Source: the human T2T-CHM13v2.0 reference genome, Homo sapiens. Taken from it: a stretch of DNA of 64,000 nucleotides. Shown here piece by piece: positions 12,259-26,204 of the stretch; within the stretch, counting starts at the first letter, position 1, and each line of letters begins with the position of its first letter. The notes beneath the pieces are model-generated. The model had not been told where the DNA came from. It saw nothing but the letters and a program-made list of their open reading frames with translations, and ran no database searches. Position numbers and translations under genes: made by a program. The stretch is taken from the NCBI RefSeq assembly GCF_009914755.1, contig NC_060928.1; one strand, given 5' to 3'.

Positions 12259-15200
12259 GTGGATATGTGGATAGCTCTGAAGATTTCGTTGGAAACGGGA
12301 ATTTCTTCATATAAAATCAAACAGAAGCATTCTCAGAAACTTCTCAGTGATGTTTGCATTCAGCTCATGGAGTTGAACACTTCCTTTCATAGAGCCGGTT
12401 TGAAACACTCTTTCTGCACTACCTGGAAGAGGACATTTCGAGCGCTTTGAGTCCTATGGTGAAAAAGGAAATATCTTCTCATAAAAACCAGAAAGAAGCA
12501 TTCTCAGAAACTTCTTTGTGTTGTGTGTACTCATGTAACAGTGTTGAACCATCCTTTTGACAGAGCAGTTTTGAAACACTCTTTTTGTAGAATCTGCAAG
12601 TGGATATTTGGATAGCTTTGAGGATTTCGTTGGAAACGGGATGACGTATAAAATCTAGAGAGAAGCATTCTCAGGAACTTCTTTGTGATGTTTGCATTCA
12701 AGTCACAGAATTGAACATTCCCTTTCATAGAGCAGGTTTGAAACACTCTTTCTCTAGTATCTGGAAGTGGGCATTTCAAGCGCTTTCAGGCCTATGGAGA
12801 GAAAGGAAATACCTTCAAATAAAAACTAGACAGAAGCATTCTCAGAAACTTATTTGTGATGTGTGTCCTCAACTAACAGAGTTGAACCTTTGTTTTGATA
12901 CAGCATTTTGGAAACACTCCTTTTGTAGAATCTGCAGGTGGATATTTGGATAACTTTGAAGATTTCGTTGGAAACCGGAATATCTTCATATAAAATCAAG
13001 ACAGAAGCATTCTCGGAAACATCTCTGTGATGTTTGCATTCAACTCAGTAGAGTTGAACACTTCCTTTCATAGAGCCGGTTTGAAACACTCTTTCTGCAC
13101 TACCTGGAAGCGGACATTTCGAGCGCTTTGAGGCCTATGGTGAAAAAGGAAATATCTTCTCATAAAAACCAGAAAGAAGCATTCTCAGAAACTTCTTTGT
13201 GTTGTGTGTACTCAAGTAACAGTGTTGAACCTTCCTTTTGACACAGCAGTTTTGAAACACTCTTTTGGTAGAATCTGCAAGTGGATATTTGGATAGCTTT
13301 GAGGATTTCGTTGGAAACGGGTTATCTTCATATAAAATCCAGACAGGAGCATTCTCAGAAACTTCTTTGTGCTGCATGTCCTCAATTCACAGAGCTGAAC
13401 CTTTGTTTGGATACAGCATTTTGGAAACATTCCTTTAGTAGAATCTGCAAGTTGATATTTAGATAGCTTTGAAGATTTCGTTGGAAACGGGAATATCTTC
13501 ATAGAAAATCTAGACGGAAGCATTCTCAGAAACTGCTTTGTGATGTTTGCATTCAAGTCACAGAGTTGAATATTCCCTTTTATAGAGTAGGTTTGAAACA
13601 CTCTTTCGGCACTACCTGGAAGTGGATATTTCGAGCTCTTTGAGGCCTATGGTTAAAAGGAAATATCTTCCCATAAAAACTAGACAGAAGCCGTCTCAGA
13701 AACTTGTTTGTGATGTGTGTATTCAACTAACAGAGTTGAACATTTCTGTTACAGAGCAATTTTAAAACACTCTTTTTGTGGAATCTGAAAGTGGATAATT
13801 GGATAGCTTTGTGGATTTCGTTGGAAACGGGATGACGTATAAAATCTAGATTGAAGCATTCTCAGGAACTTCTTTCTGATGTTTGCATTCAAGTCACAGA
13901 ATTGAACATTCCTTTTCATAGTGCAGGTTTGAAACACTCTTTCTGTAGTATCTGGAAGTGGACATTTCAAGCGCTTTCAGGCCTACGGGGAGAAAGGAAA
14001 TATCTTCAAATAAAAACTAGATAGAAGGATTCTCAGAAACTTATTTGTGATGTGTGTCCTAAACGAACACAGTTGAACCTTTGTTTAGATACAGCATTTT
14101 GGAAACACTCCTTTTGTAGGATCTGTAGGTGGATATTTGGATAGATTTTAAGATTTCGTTGGAAACGGGAGTTTCTTCATAGAAACTCAAGACAGATGCA
14201 TTCTCAGAAACATCTCTGTGATGTTTGCATTCCACTCATAGAGTTGAAAACTTCCTTTCATAGAGCAGGTTTGAAACACTCTTTTTGTAATATTTGGAAG
14301 TGGACATTTGCAGCGCTTTGAGGCCTATGGTGAAAAAGGAAATATCTTCTCATAAAAACCAGAAACAAGCATTCTCAGAAACTTCTTTTTGATGTGTGTA
14401 CTCAAGTAACAGAGTTGAACCTTCCTTTTGACACAGCAGTTTTGAAACAATCTTTTTGTAGAATCTGCAAGTGGATATTTGGATAGCTTTGAGGATTTCG
14501 TTGGAAACGGGATATCTTCATATAAAATCTAGACAGAAGCATTCTCAGAAACTTCTTTGTGCTGTATGTCCTCAATTAACAGAGTTGAACCATTGCTTGG
14601 ATACAGCATTTTGGAAACATTCCTTTAGTAGAATGTGCAAGTTGATATTTAGATAGATTTGAAGATTTCGTTGGAAAAGGGAATATCTCCATATAAAATC
14701 TAGACGGAAGCATTCTCAGAAACTGCTTTGTGATGTTTCCATTCAAGTCACAGAGTTGAATATTCCCTTTTATAGAGCACGTTTGAAACACTCTTTCTGC
14801 ACTATCTGGAAGTGGACATTTCGAGCGCTTTGAGGCCTATGGTGAAAAAGGAAATATCTTCCCATAAAAACTAGACAGAAGCATTCTCAGAAACTTGTTT
14901 GTGATGTGTGTATTCAACTAACAGAGTTGAACTTTTGTTTTTACAGAGCCGTTTTAAAACACTCTTTTTGTGGAATCAGAAAATGGATATTCGGATGGCT
15001 CTGAGGATTTCGTTGGAAGCGCGATTACATATAAAATCTAGAGAGAAGCATTCTCAGGAACTTCTTTGTGATGTTTGCATTGAAGTCACAGAATTGAACA
15101 TTCACTTTGATAGAGCAGGTTTGAAACACTCATTCTGTAGTATCTGGAAGTGGACATTTCAAGCGCTTTCAGGCCTATGGTGAAAAAGGAAATATCTTCG

Positions 15201-15320
15201 AATAAAAACTAGACAGAAGCATCCTCAGAAACTTATTTGTGATGTGTGTCCTCAACTAACAGAGTTGAAACTTTGTTTTGATACAGTATTTTGGAAACAC
15301 TCCTTTTGTAGAATCTGCAG
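12259..15320 (+). repeat. 18-mer HOR variant (3062 bp)
   Basis: Landmark spacing 3062 bp; same m18/m19 junction. Confidence 0.95.
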
Positions 15321-17190
15321 GTGGATATGTGGATAGCTCTGAAGATTTCGTTGGAAACGGGAATTTCTTCATATAAAATCAAACAGAAGCATTCTCAGAA
15401 ACTTCTCAGTGATGTTTGCATTCAGCTCATGGAGTTGAACACTTCCTTTCATAGAGCCGGTTTGAAACACTCTTTCTGCACTACCTGGAAGAGGCCATTT
15501 CGAGCGCTTTGAGTCCTATGGTGAAAAAGGAAATATCTTCTCATAAAAACCAGAAAGAAGCATTCTGAGAAACTTCTTTGTGTTGTGTGTACTCATGTAA
15601 CAGTGTTGAACCATCCTTTTGACAGAGCAGTTTTGAAACACTCTTTTTGTAGAATCTGCAAGTGGATATTTGGATAGCTTTGAGGATTTCGTTGGAAACG
15701 GGATGACATATAATATCTAGAGAGAAGCATTCTCAGGAACTTCTTTGTGCTGTTTGCATTCAAGTCACAGAATTGAACATTCCCTTTCATAGAGCAGATT
15801 TGAAACACTCTTTCTCTAGTATCTGGAAGTGGGCATTTCAAGCGCTTTCAGGCCTATAGAGAGAAAGGAAATACCTTCAAATAAAAACTAGACGGAAGCA
15901 TTCTCAGAAACTTATTTGTGATGTGTGTCCTCAACTAACAGAGTTGAACCTTTGTTTTGATACAGCATTTTGGAAACACTCCTTTTGTAGAATCTGCAGG
16001 TGGATATTTGGATAGCTTTGAAGATTTCGTTGGAAACCGGAATATCTTGATATAAAATCAAGACAGAAGCATTCTCGGAAACATCTCTGTGATGTTTGCA
16101 TTCAACTCAGTAGAGTTGAACACTTCCTTTCATAGAGCCGGTTTGAAACACTCTTTCTGCACTACCTGGAAGCGGACATTTCGAGCGCTTTGAGGCCTAT
16201 GGTGAAAAAGGAAATATCTTCTCATAAAAACCAGAAAGAAGCATTCTCAGAAACTTCTTTGTGTTGTGTGTACTCAAGTAACAGTGTTGAACCTTCCTTT
16301 TGACACAGCAGTTTTGAAACACTCTTTTGGTAGAATCTGCAAGTGGATATTTGGATAGCTTTGAGGATTTCGTTGGAAACGGGTTATCTTCATATAAAAT
16401 CCAGACAGGAGCATTCTCAGAAACTTCTTTGTGCTGCATGTCCTCAATTCACAGAGCTGAACCTTTGTTTGGATACAGCATTTTGGAAACATTCCTTTAG
16501 TAGAATCTGCAAGTTGATATTTAGATAGCTTTGAAGATTTCGTTGGAAACGGGAATATCTTCATAGAAAATCTAGACGGAAGCATTCTCAGAAACTGCTT
16601 TGTGATGTTTGCATTCAAGTCACAGAGTTGAATATTCCCTTTTATAGAGTAGGTTTGAAACACTCTTTCGGCACTACCTGGAAGTGGATATTTCGAGCTC
16701 TTTGAGGCCTATGGTTAAAAGGAAATATCTTCCCATAAAAACTAGACAGAAGCCGTCTCAGAAACTTGTTTGTGATGTGTGTATTCAACTAACAGAGTTG
16801 AACATTTCTGTTACAGAGCAATTTTAAAACACTCTTTTTGTGGAATCTGAAAGTGGATAATTGGATAGCTTTGTGGATTTCGTTGGAAACGGGATGACGT
16901 ATAAAATCTAGATTGAAGCATTCTCAGGAACTTCTTTCTGATGTTTGCATTCAAGTCACAGAATTGAACATTCCTTTTCATAGTGCAGGTTTGAAACACT
17001 CTTTCTGTAGTATCTGGAAGTGGACATTTCAAGCGCTTTCAGGCCTACGGGGAGAAAGGAAATATCTTCAAATAAAAACTAGATAGAAGGATTCTCAGAA
17101 ACTTATTTGTGATGTGTGTCCTAAACGAACACAGTTGAACCTTTGTTTTGATACAGCATTTTGGAAACACTCCTTTTGTAGAATCTGCAG
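15321..17190 (+). repeat. 11-mer HOR variant (1870 bp)
   Basis: Landmark spacing 1870 bp; same m11/m19 junction. Confidence 0.95.
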
Positions 17191-20100
17191 GTGGATATGT
17201 GGATAGCTCTGAAGATTTCGTTGGAAACGGGAATTTCTTCATATAAAATCAAACAGAAGCATTCTCAGAAACTTCTCAGTGATGTTTGCATTCAGCTCAT
17301 GGAGTTGAACACTTCCTTTCATAGAGCCGGTTTGAAACACTCTTTCTGCACTACCTGGAAGAGGACATTTCGAGCGCTTTGAGTCCTATGGTGAAAAAGG
17401 AAATATCTTCTCATAAAAACCAGAAAGAAACATTCTCAGAAACTTCTTTGTGTTGTGTGTACTCATGTAACAGTGTTGAACCATCCTTTTGACAGAGCAG
17501 TTTTGAAACACTCTTTTTGTAGAATCTGCAAGTGGATATTTGGATAGCTTTCAGGATTTCGTTGGAAACGGGATGACATATAATATCTAGAGAGAAGCAT
17601 TCTCAGGAACTTCTTTGTGATGTTTGCATTCAAGTCACAGAATTGAACATTCCCTTTCATAGAGCAGGTTTGAAACACTCTTTCTCTAGTATCTGGAAGT
17701 GGGCATTTCAAGAGCTTTCAGGCCTATGGAGAGAAAGGAAATACCTTCAAATAAAAACTAGACAGAAGCATTCTCAGAAACTTATTTGTGATGTGTGTCC
17801 TCAACTAACAGAGTTGAACCTTTGTTTTGATACAGCATTTTGGAAACACTCCTTTTGTAGAATCTGCAGGTGGATATTTGGATAACTTTGAAGATTTCGT
17901 TGGAAACCGGAATATCTTCATATAAAATCAAGACAGAAGCATTCTCGGAAACATCTCTGTGATGTTTACATTCCACTCATAGAGTTGAAAACTTCCTTTC
18001 ATAGAGCAGGTTTGAAACACTCTTTTTGTAATATTTGGAAGTGGACATTTGCAGCGCTTTGAGGCCTATGGTGAAAAAGGAAATATCTTCTCATAAAAAC
18101 CAGAAACAAGCATTCTCAGAAACTTCTTTTTGATGTGTGTACTCAAGTAACAGAGTTGAACCTTCCTTTTGACACAGCAGTTTTGAAACAATCTTTTTGT
18201 AGAATCTGCAAGTGGATATTTGGATAGCTTTGAGGATTTCGTTGGAAACGGGTTATCTTCATATAAAATCTAGACAGAAGCATTCTCAGAAACTTCTTTG
18301 TGCTGTATGTCCTCAATTAACAGAGTTGAACCATTGCTTGGATACAGCATTTTGGAAACATTCCTTGAGTAGAATGTGCAAGTTGATATTTAGATAGATT
18401 TGAAGATTTCGTTTGAAAAGGGAATATCTCCATATAAAATCTAGAGGGAAGCATTCTCAGAAACTGCTTTGTGATGTTTCCATTCAAGTCACAGAGTTGA
18501 ATATTCCCTTTTATAGAGCACGTTTGAAACACTCTTTCTGCACTATCTGGAAGTGGACATTTCGAGCGCTTTGAGGCCTATGGTGAAAAAGGAAATATCT
18601 TCCCATAAAAACTAGACAGAAGCATTCTCAGAAACTTGTTTGTGATGTGTGTATTCAACTAACAGAGTTGAACTTTTGTTTTTACAGAGCCGTTTTAAAA
18701 CACTCTTTTTGTGGAATCAGAAAGTGGATATTCGGATGGCTCTGAGGATTTCGTTGGAAGCGGGATTACATATAAAATCTAGAGAGAAGCATTCTCAGGA
18801 ACTTCTTTGTGATGTTTGCATTGAAGTCACAGAATTGAACATTCACTTTGATAGAGCAGGTTTGAAACACTCATTCTGTAGTATCTGGAAGTGGACATTT
18901 CAAGCGCTTTCAGGCCTATGGTGAGAAAGGAAATATCTTCGAATAAAAACTAGACAGAAGCATCCTCAGAAACTTATTTGTGATGTGTGTCCTCAACTAA
19001 CAGAGTTGAAACTTTGTTTTGATACAGCATTTTGGAAACACTCTTTTTGTAGAATCTGCAGGTGGATATTTGGATAGCTTAGAGGGATTCGTTGGAAAGG
19101 GGATATCTTCATATAAAATCTAGACAGAAGCATTCTCAGAAACTTATTTGTGATGTGTGTCCTCAACTAACAGAGTTGAACCTTGGTTTTGATACAGCAT
19201 TTTGGAAACACTCCTTTTGTAGAATCTGCAGGTGGATATGTGGATAGCTCTGAAGATTTCGTTGGAAACGGGAATTTCTTCATATAAAATCAAACAGAAG
19301 CATTCTCAGAAACTTCTCAGTGATGTTTGCATTCAGCTCATGGAGTTGAACACTTCCTTTCATAGAGCCGGTTTGAAACACTCTTTCTGCACTACCTGGA
19401 AGAGGCCATTTCGAGCGCTTTGAGTCCTATGGTGAAAAAGGAAATATCTTCTCATAAAAACCAGAAAGAAGCATTCTCAGAAACTTCTTTGTGTTGTGTG
19501 TACTCATGTAACAGTGTTGAACCATCCTTTTGACAGAGCAGTTTTGAAACACTCTTTTTGTAGAATCTGCAAGTGGATATTTGGATAGCTTTGAGGATTT
19601 CGTTGGAAACGGGATGACATATAATATCTAGAGAGAAGCATTCTCAGGAACTTCTTTGTGATGTTTGCATTCAAGTCACAGAATTGAACATTCCTTTTCA
19701 TAGAGCAGGTTTGAAACACTCTTTCTCTAGTATCTGGAAGTGGGCATTTCAAGCGCTTTCAGGCCTATGGAGAGAAAGGAAATACCTTCAAATAAAAACT
19801 AGACAGAAGCATTCTCAGAAACTTATTTGTGATGTGTGTCCTCAACTAACAGAGTTGAACCTTTGTTTTGATACAGCATTTTGGAAACACTCCTTTTGTA
19901 GAATCTGCAGGTGGATATTTGGATAACTTTGAAGATTTCGTTGGAAACCGGAATATCTTCATATAAAATCAAGACAGAAGCATTCTCGGAAACATCTCTG
20001 TGATGTTTACATTCCACTCATAGAGTTGAAAACTTCCTTTCATAGAGCAGGTTTGAAACACTCTTTTTGTAATATTTGGAAGTGGACATTTGCAGCGCTT

Positions 20101-21272
20101 TGAGGCCTATGGTGAAAAAGGAAATATCTTCTCATAAAAACCAGAAACAAGCATTCTCAGAAACTTCTTTTTGATGTGTGTACTCAAGTAACAGAGTTGA
20201 ACCTTCCTTTTGACACAGCAGTTTTTAAACACTCTTTTGGTAGAATCTGCAAGTGGATATTTGGATAGCTTTGAGGATTTCGTTGGAAACGGGTTATCTT
20301 CATATAAAATCTAGACAGAAGCATTCTCAGAAACTTCTTTGTGCTGTATGTCCTCAATTAACAGAGTTGAACCATTGCTTGGATACAGCATTTTGGAAAC
20401 ATTCCTTGAGTAGAATCTGCAAGTTGATATTTAGATAGATTTGAAGATTTCGTTGGAAAAGGGAATATCTCCATATAAAATCTAGAGGGAAGCATTCTCA
20501 GAAACTGCTTTGTGATGTTTTCATTCAAGTCACAGAGTTGAATGTTCCCTTTTATAGAGCACGTTTGAAACACTCTTTCTGCACTATCTGGAAGTGGACA
20601 TTTCGAGCGCTTTGAGGCCTATGGTGAAAAAGGAAATATCTTCCCATAAAAACTAGACAGAAGCATTCTCAGAAACTTGTTTGTGATGTGTGTATTCAAC
20701 TAACAGAGTTGAACTTTTGTTTTTACAGAGCCATTTTAAAACACTCTTTTTGTGGAATCAGAAAGTGGATATTCGGATGGCTCTGAGGATTTCGTTGGAA
20801 GCGGGATTACATATAAAATCTAGAGAGAAGCATTCTCAGGAACTTCTTTGTGATGTTTGCATTGAAGTCACAGAATTGAACATTCACTTTGATAGAGCAG
20901 GTTTGAAACACTCATTCTGTAGTATCTGGAAGTGGACATTTCAAGCGCTTTCAGGCCTATGGTGAGAAAGGAAATATCTTCGAATAAAAACTAGACAGAA
21001 GCATCCTCAGAAACTTATTTGTGATGTGTGTCCTCAACTAACAGAGTTGAAACTTTGTTTTGATACAGCATTTTGGAAACACTCTTTTTGTAGAATCTGC
21101 AGGTGGATATTTGGATAGCTTAGAGGGATTCGTTGGAAAGGGGATATCTTCATATAAAATCTAGACAGAAGCATTCTCAGAAACTTATTTGTGATGTGTG
21201 TCCTCAACTAACAGAGTTGAACCTTGGTTTTGATACAGCATTTTGGAAACGCTCCTTTTGTAGAATCTGCAG
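17191..21272 (+). repeat. Two tandem 12-mer HOR variants (2041 bp each)
   Basis: Landmark spacings 2041, 2041; m5/m12 junction with TTTACATTCC at 17968 and 20009. Confidence 0.95.
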
Positions 21273-24200
21273 GTGGATATGTGGATAGCTCTGAAGATTT
21301 CGTTGGAAACGGGAATTTCTTCATATAAAATCAAACAGAAGCATTCTCAGAAACTTCTCAGTGATGTTTGCATTCAGCTCATGGAGTTGAACACTTCCTT
21401 TCATAGAGCCGGTTTGAAACACTCTTTCTGCACTACCTGGAAGAGGACATTTCGAGCGCTTTGAGTCCTATGGTGAAAAAGGAAATATCTTCTCATAAAA
21501 ACCAGAAAGAAGCATTCTCAGAAACTTCTTTGTGTTGTGTGTACTCATGTAACAGTGTTGAACCATCCTTTTGACAGAGCAGTTTTGAAACACTCTTTTT
21601 GTAGAATCTGCAAGTGGATATTTGGATAGCTTTGAGGATTTCGTTGGAAACGGGATGACGTATAAAATCTAGAGAGAAGCATTCTCAGGAACTTCTTTGT
21701 GATGTTTGCATTCAAGTCACAGAATTGAACATTCCCTTTCATAGAGCAGGTTTGAAACACTCTTTCTCTAGTATCTGGAAGTGGGCATTTCAAGCGCTTT
21801 CAGGCCTATGGAGAGAAAGGAAATACCTTCAAATAAAAACTAGACAGAAGCATTCTCAGAAACTTATTTGTGATGTGTGTCCTCAACTAACAGAGTTGAA
21901 CCTTTGTTTTGATACAGCATTTTGGAAACACTCCTTTTGTAGAATCTGCAGGTGGATATTTGGATAACTTTGAAGATTTCGTTGGAAACCGGAATATCTT
22001 CATATAAAATCAAGACAGAAGCATTCTCGGAAACATCTCTGTGATGTTTGCATTCAACTCAGTAGAGTTGAACACTTCCTTTCATAGAGCCGGTTTGAAA
22101 CACTCTTTCTGCACTACCTGGAAGCGGACATTTCGAGCGCTTTGAGGCCTATGGTGAAAAAGGAAATATCTTCTCATAAAAACCAGAAAGAAGCATTCTC
22201 AGAAACTTCTTTGTGTTGTGTGTACTCAAGTAACAGTGTTGAACCTTCCTTTTGACACAGCAGTTTTGAAACACTCTTTTGGTAGAATCTGCAAGTGGAT
22301 ATTTGGATAGCTTTGAGGATTTCGTTGGAAACGGGTTATCTTCATATAAAATCCAGACAGGAGCATTCTCAGAAACTTCTTTGTGCTGCATGTCCTCAAT
22401 TCACAGAGCTGAACCTTTGTTTGGATACAGCATTTTGGAAACATTCCTTTAGTAGAATCTGCAAGTTGATATTTAGATAGCTTTGAAGATTTCGTTGGAA
22501 ACGGGAATATCTTCATAGAAAATCTAGACGGAAGCATTCTCAGAAACTGCTTTGTGATGTTTGCATTCAAGTCACAGAGTTGAATATTCCCTTTTATAGA
22601 GTAGGTTTGAAACACTCTTTCGGCACTACCTGGAAGTGGATATTTCGAGCTCTTTGAGGCCTATGGTTAAAAGGAAATATCTTCCCATAAAAACTAGACA
22701 GAAGCCGTCTCAGAAACTTGTTTGTGATGTGTGTATTCAACTAACAGAGTTGAACATTTCTGTTACAGAGCAATTTTAAAACACTCTTTTTGTGGAATCT
22801 GAAAGTGGATAATTGGATAGCTTTGTGGATTTCGTTGGAAACGGGATGACGTATAAAATCTAGATTGAAGCATTCTCAGGAACTTCTTTCTGATGTTTGC
22901 ATTCAAGTCACAGAATTGAACATTCCTTTTCATAGTGCAGGTTTGAAACACTCTTTCTGTAGTATCTGGAAGTGGACATTTCAAGCGCTTTCAGGCCTAC
23001 GGGGAGAAAGGAAATATCTTCAAATAAAAACTAGATAGAAGGATTCTCAGAAACTTATTTGTGATGTGTGTCCTAAACGAACACAGTTGAACCTTTGTTT
23101 TGATACAGCATTTTGGAAACACTCCTTTTGTAGGATCTGCAGGTGGATATTTGGATAGATTTTAAGATTTCGTTGGAAACGGGAGTTTCTTCATAGAAAC
23201 TCAAGACAGATGCATTCTCAGAAACATCTCTGTGATGTTTGCATTCCACTCATAGAGTTGAAAACTTCCTTTCATAGAGCAGGTTTGAAACACTCTTTTT
23301 GTAATATTTGGAAGTGGACATTTGCAGCGCTTTGAGGCCTATGGTGAAAAAGGAAATATCTTCTCATAAAAACCAGAAACAAGCATTCTCAGAAACTTCT
23401 TTTTGATGTGTGTACTCAAGTAACAGAGTTGAACCTTCCTTTTGACACAGCAGTTTTGAAACAATCTTTTTGTAGAATCTGCAAGTGGATATTTGGATTG
23501 CTTTGAGGATTTCGTTGGAAACGGGATATCTTCATATAAAATCTAGACAGAAGCATTCTCAGAAACTTCTTTGTGCTGTATGTCCTCAATTAACAGAGTT
23601 GAACCATTGCTTGGATACAGCATTTTGGAAACATTCCTTTAGTAGAATGTGCAAGTTGATATTTAGATAGATTTGAAGATTTCGTTGGAAAAGGGAATAT
23701 CTCCATATAAAATCTAGAGGGAAGCATTCTCAGAAACTGCTTTGTGATGTTTCCATTCAAGTCACAGAGTTGAATATTCCCTTTTATAGAGCACGTTTGA
23801 AACACTCTTTCTGCACTATCTGGAAGTGGACATTTCGAGCGCTTTGAGGCCTATGGTGAAAAAGGAAATATCTTCCCATAAAAACTAGACAGAAGCATTC
23901 TCAGAAACTTGTTTGTGATGTGTGTATTCAACTAACAGAGTTGAACTTTTGTTTTTACAGAGCCGTTTTAAAACACTCTTTTTGTGGAATCAGAAAATGG
24001 ATATTCGGATGGCTCTGAGGATTTCGTTGGAAGCGCGATTACATATAAAATCTAGAGAGAAGCATTCTCAGGAACTTCTTTGTGATGTTTGCATTGAAGT
24101 CACAGAATTGAACATTCACTTTGATAGAGCAGGTTTGAAACACTCATTCTGTAGTATCTGGAAGTGGACATTTCAAGCGCTTTCAGGCCTATGGTGAAAA

Positions 24201-24334
24201 AGGAAATATCTTCGAATAAAAACTAGACAGAAGCATCCTCAGAAACTTATTTGTGATGTGTGTCCTCAACTAACAGAGTTGAAACTTTGTTTTGATACAG
24301 CATTTTGGAAACACTCCTTTTGTAGAATCTGCAG
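21273..24334 (+). repeat. 18-mer HOR variant (3062 bp)
   Basis: Landmark spacing 3062 bp; m18/m19 junction. Confidence 0.95.
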
Positions 24335-26204
24335 GTGGATATGTGGATAGCTCTGAAGATTTCGTTGGAAACGGGAATTTCTTCATATAAAATCAAACAG
24401 AAGCATTCTCAGAAACTTCTCAGTGATGTTTGCATTCAGCTCATGGAGTTGAACACTTCCTTTCATAGAGCCGGTTTGAAACACTCTTTCTGCACTACCT
24501 GGAAGAGGCCATTTCGAGCGCTTTGAGTCCTATGGTGAAAAAGGAAATATCTTCTCATAAAAACCAGAAAGAAGCATTCTGAGAAACTTCTTTGTGTTGT
24601 GTGTACTCATGTAACAGTGTTGAACCATCCTTTTGACAGAGCAGTTTTGAAACACTCTTTTTGTAGAATCTGCAAGTGGATATTTGGATAGCTTTGAGGA
24701 TTTCGTTGGAAACGGGATGACATATAATATCTAGAGAGAAGCATTCTCAGGAACTTCTTTGTGCTGTTTGCATTCAAGTCACAGAATTGAACATTCCCTT
24801 TCATAGAGCAGATTTGAAACACTCTTTCTCTAGTATCTGGAAGTGGGCATTTCAAGCGCTTTCAGGCCTATAGAGAGAAAGGAAATACCTTCAAATAAAA
24901 ACTAGACAGAAGCATTCTCAGAAACTTATTTGTGATGTGTGTCCTCAACTAACAGAGTTGAACCTTTGTTTTGATACAGCATTTTGGAAACACTCCTTTT
25001 GTAGAATCTGCAGGTGGATATTTGGATAGCTTTGAAGATTTCGTTGGAAACCGGAATATCTTGATATAAAATCAAGACAGAAGCATTCTCGGAAACATCT
25101 CTGTGATGTTTGCATTCAACTCAGTAGAGTTGAACACTTCCTTTCATAGAGCCGGTTTGAAACACTCTTTCTGCACTACCTGGAAGCGGACATTTCGAGC
25201 GCTTTGAGGCCTATGGTGAAAAAGGAAATATCTTCTCATAAAAACCAGAAAGAAGCATTCTCAGAAACTTCTTTGTGTTGTGTGTACTCAAGTAACAGTG
25301 TTGAACCTTCCTTTTGACACAGCAGTTTTGAAACACTCTTTTGGTAGAATCTGCAAGTGGATATTTGGATAGCTTTGAGGATTTCGTTGGAAACGGGTTA
25401 TCTTCATATAAAATCCAGACAGGAGCATTCTCAGAAACTTCTTTGTGCTGCATGTCCTCAATTCACAGAGCTGAACCTTTGTTTGGATACAGCATTTTGG
25501 AAACATTCCTTTAGTAGAATCTGCAAGTTGATATTTAGATAGCTTTGAAGATTTCGTTGGAAACGGGAATATCTTCATAGAAAATCTAGACGGAAGCATT
25601 CTCAGAAACTGCTTTGTGATGTTTGCATTCAAGTCACAGAGTTGAATATTCCCTTTTATAGAGTAGGTTTGAAACACTCTTTCGGCACTACCTGGAAGTG
25701 GATATTTCGAGCTCTTTGAGGCCTATGGTTAAAAGGAAATATCTTCCCATAAAAACTAGACAGAAGCCGTCTCAGAAACTTGTTTGTGATGTGTGTATTC
25801 AACTAACAGAGTTGAACATTTCTGTTACAGAGCAATTTTAAAACACTCTTTTTGTGGAATCTGAAAGTGGATAATTGGATAGCTTTGTGGATTTCGTTGG
25901 AAACGGGATGACGTATAAAATCTAGATTGAAGCATTCTCAGGAACTTCTTTCTGATGTTTGCATTCAAGTCACAGAATTGAACATTCCTTTTCATAGTGC
26001 AGGTTTGAAACACTCTTTCTGTAGTATCTGGAAGTGGACATTTCAAGCGCTTTCAGGCCTACGGGGAGAAAGGAAATATCTTCAAATAAAAACTAGACAG
26101 AAGGATTCTCAGAAACTTATTTGTGATGTGTGTCCTAAACGAACACAGTTGAACCTTTGTTTTGATACAGCATTTTGGAAACACTCCTTTTGTAGAATCT
26201 GCAG
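24335..26204 (+). repeat. 11-mer HOR variant (1870 bp)
   Basis: Landmark spacing 1870 bp; m11/m19 junction. Confidence 0.95.
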
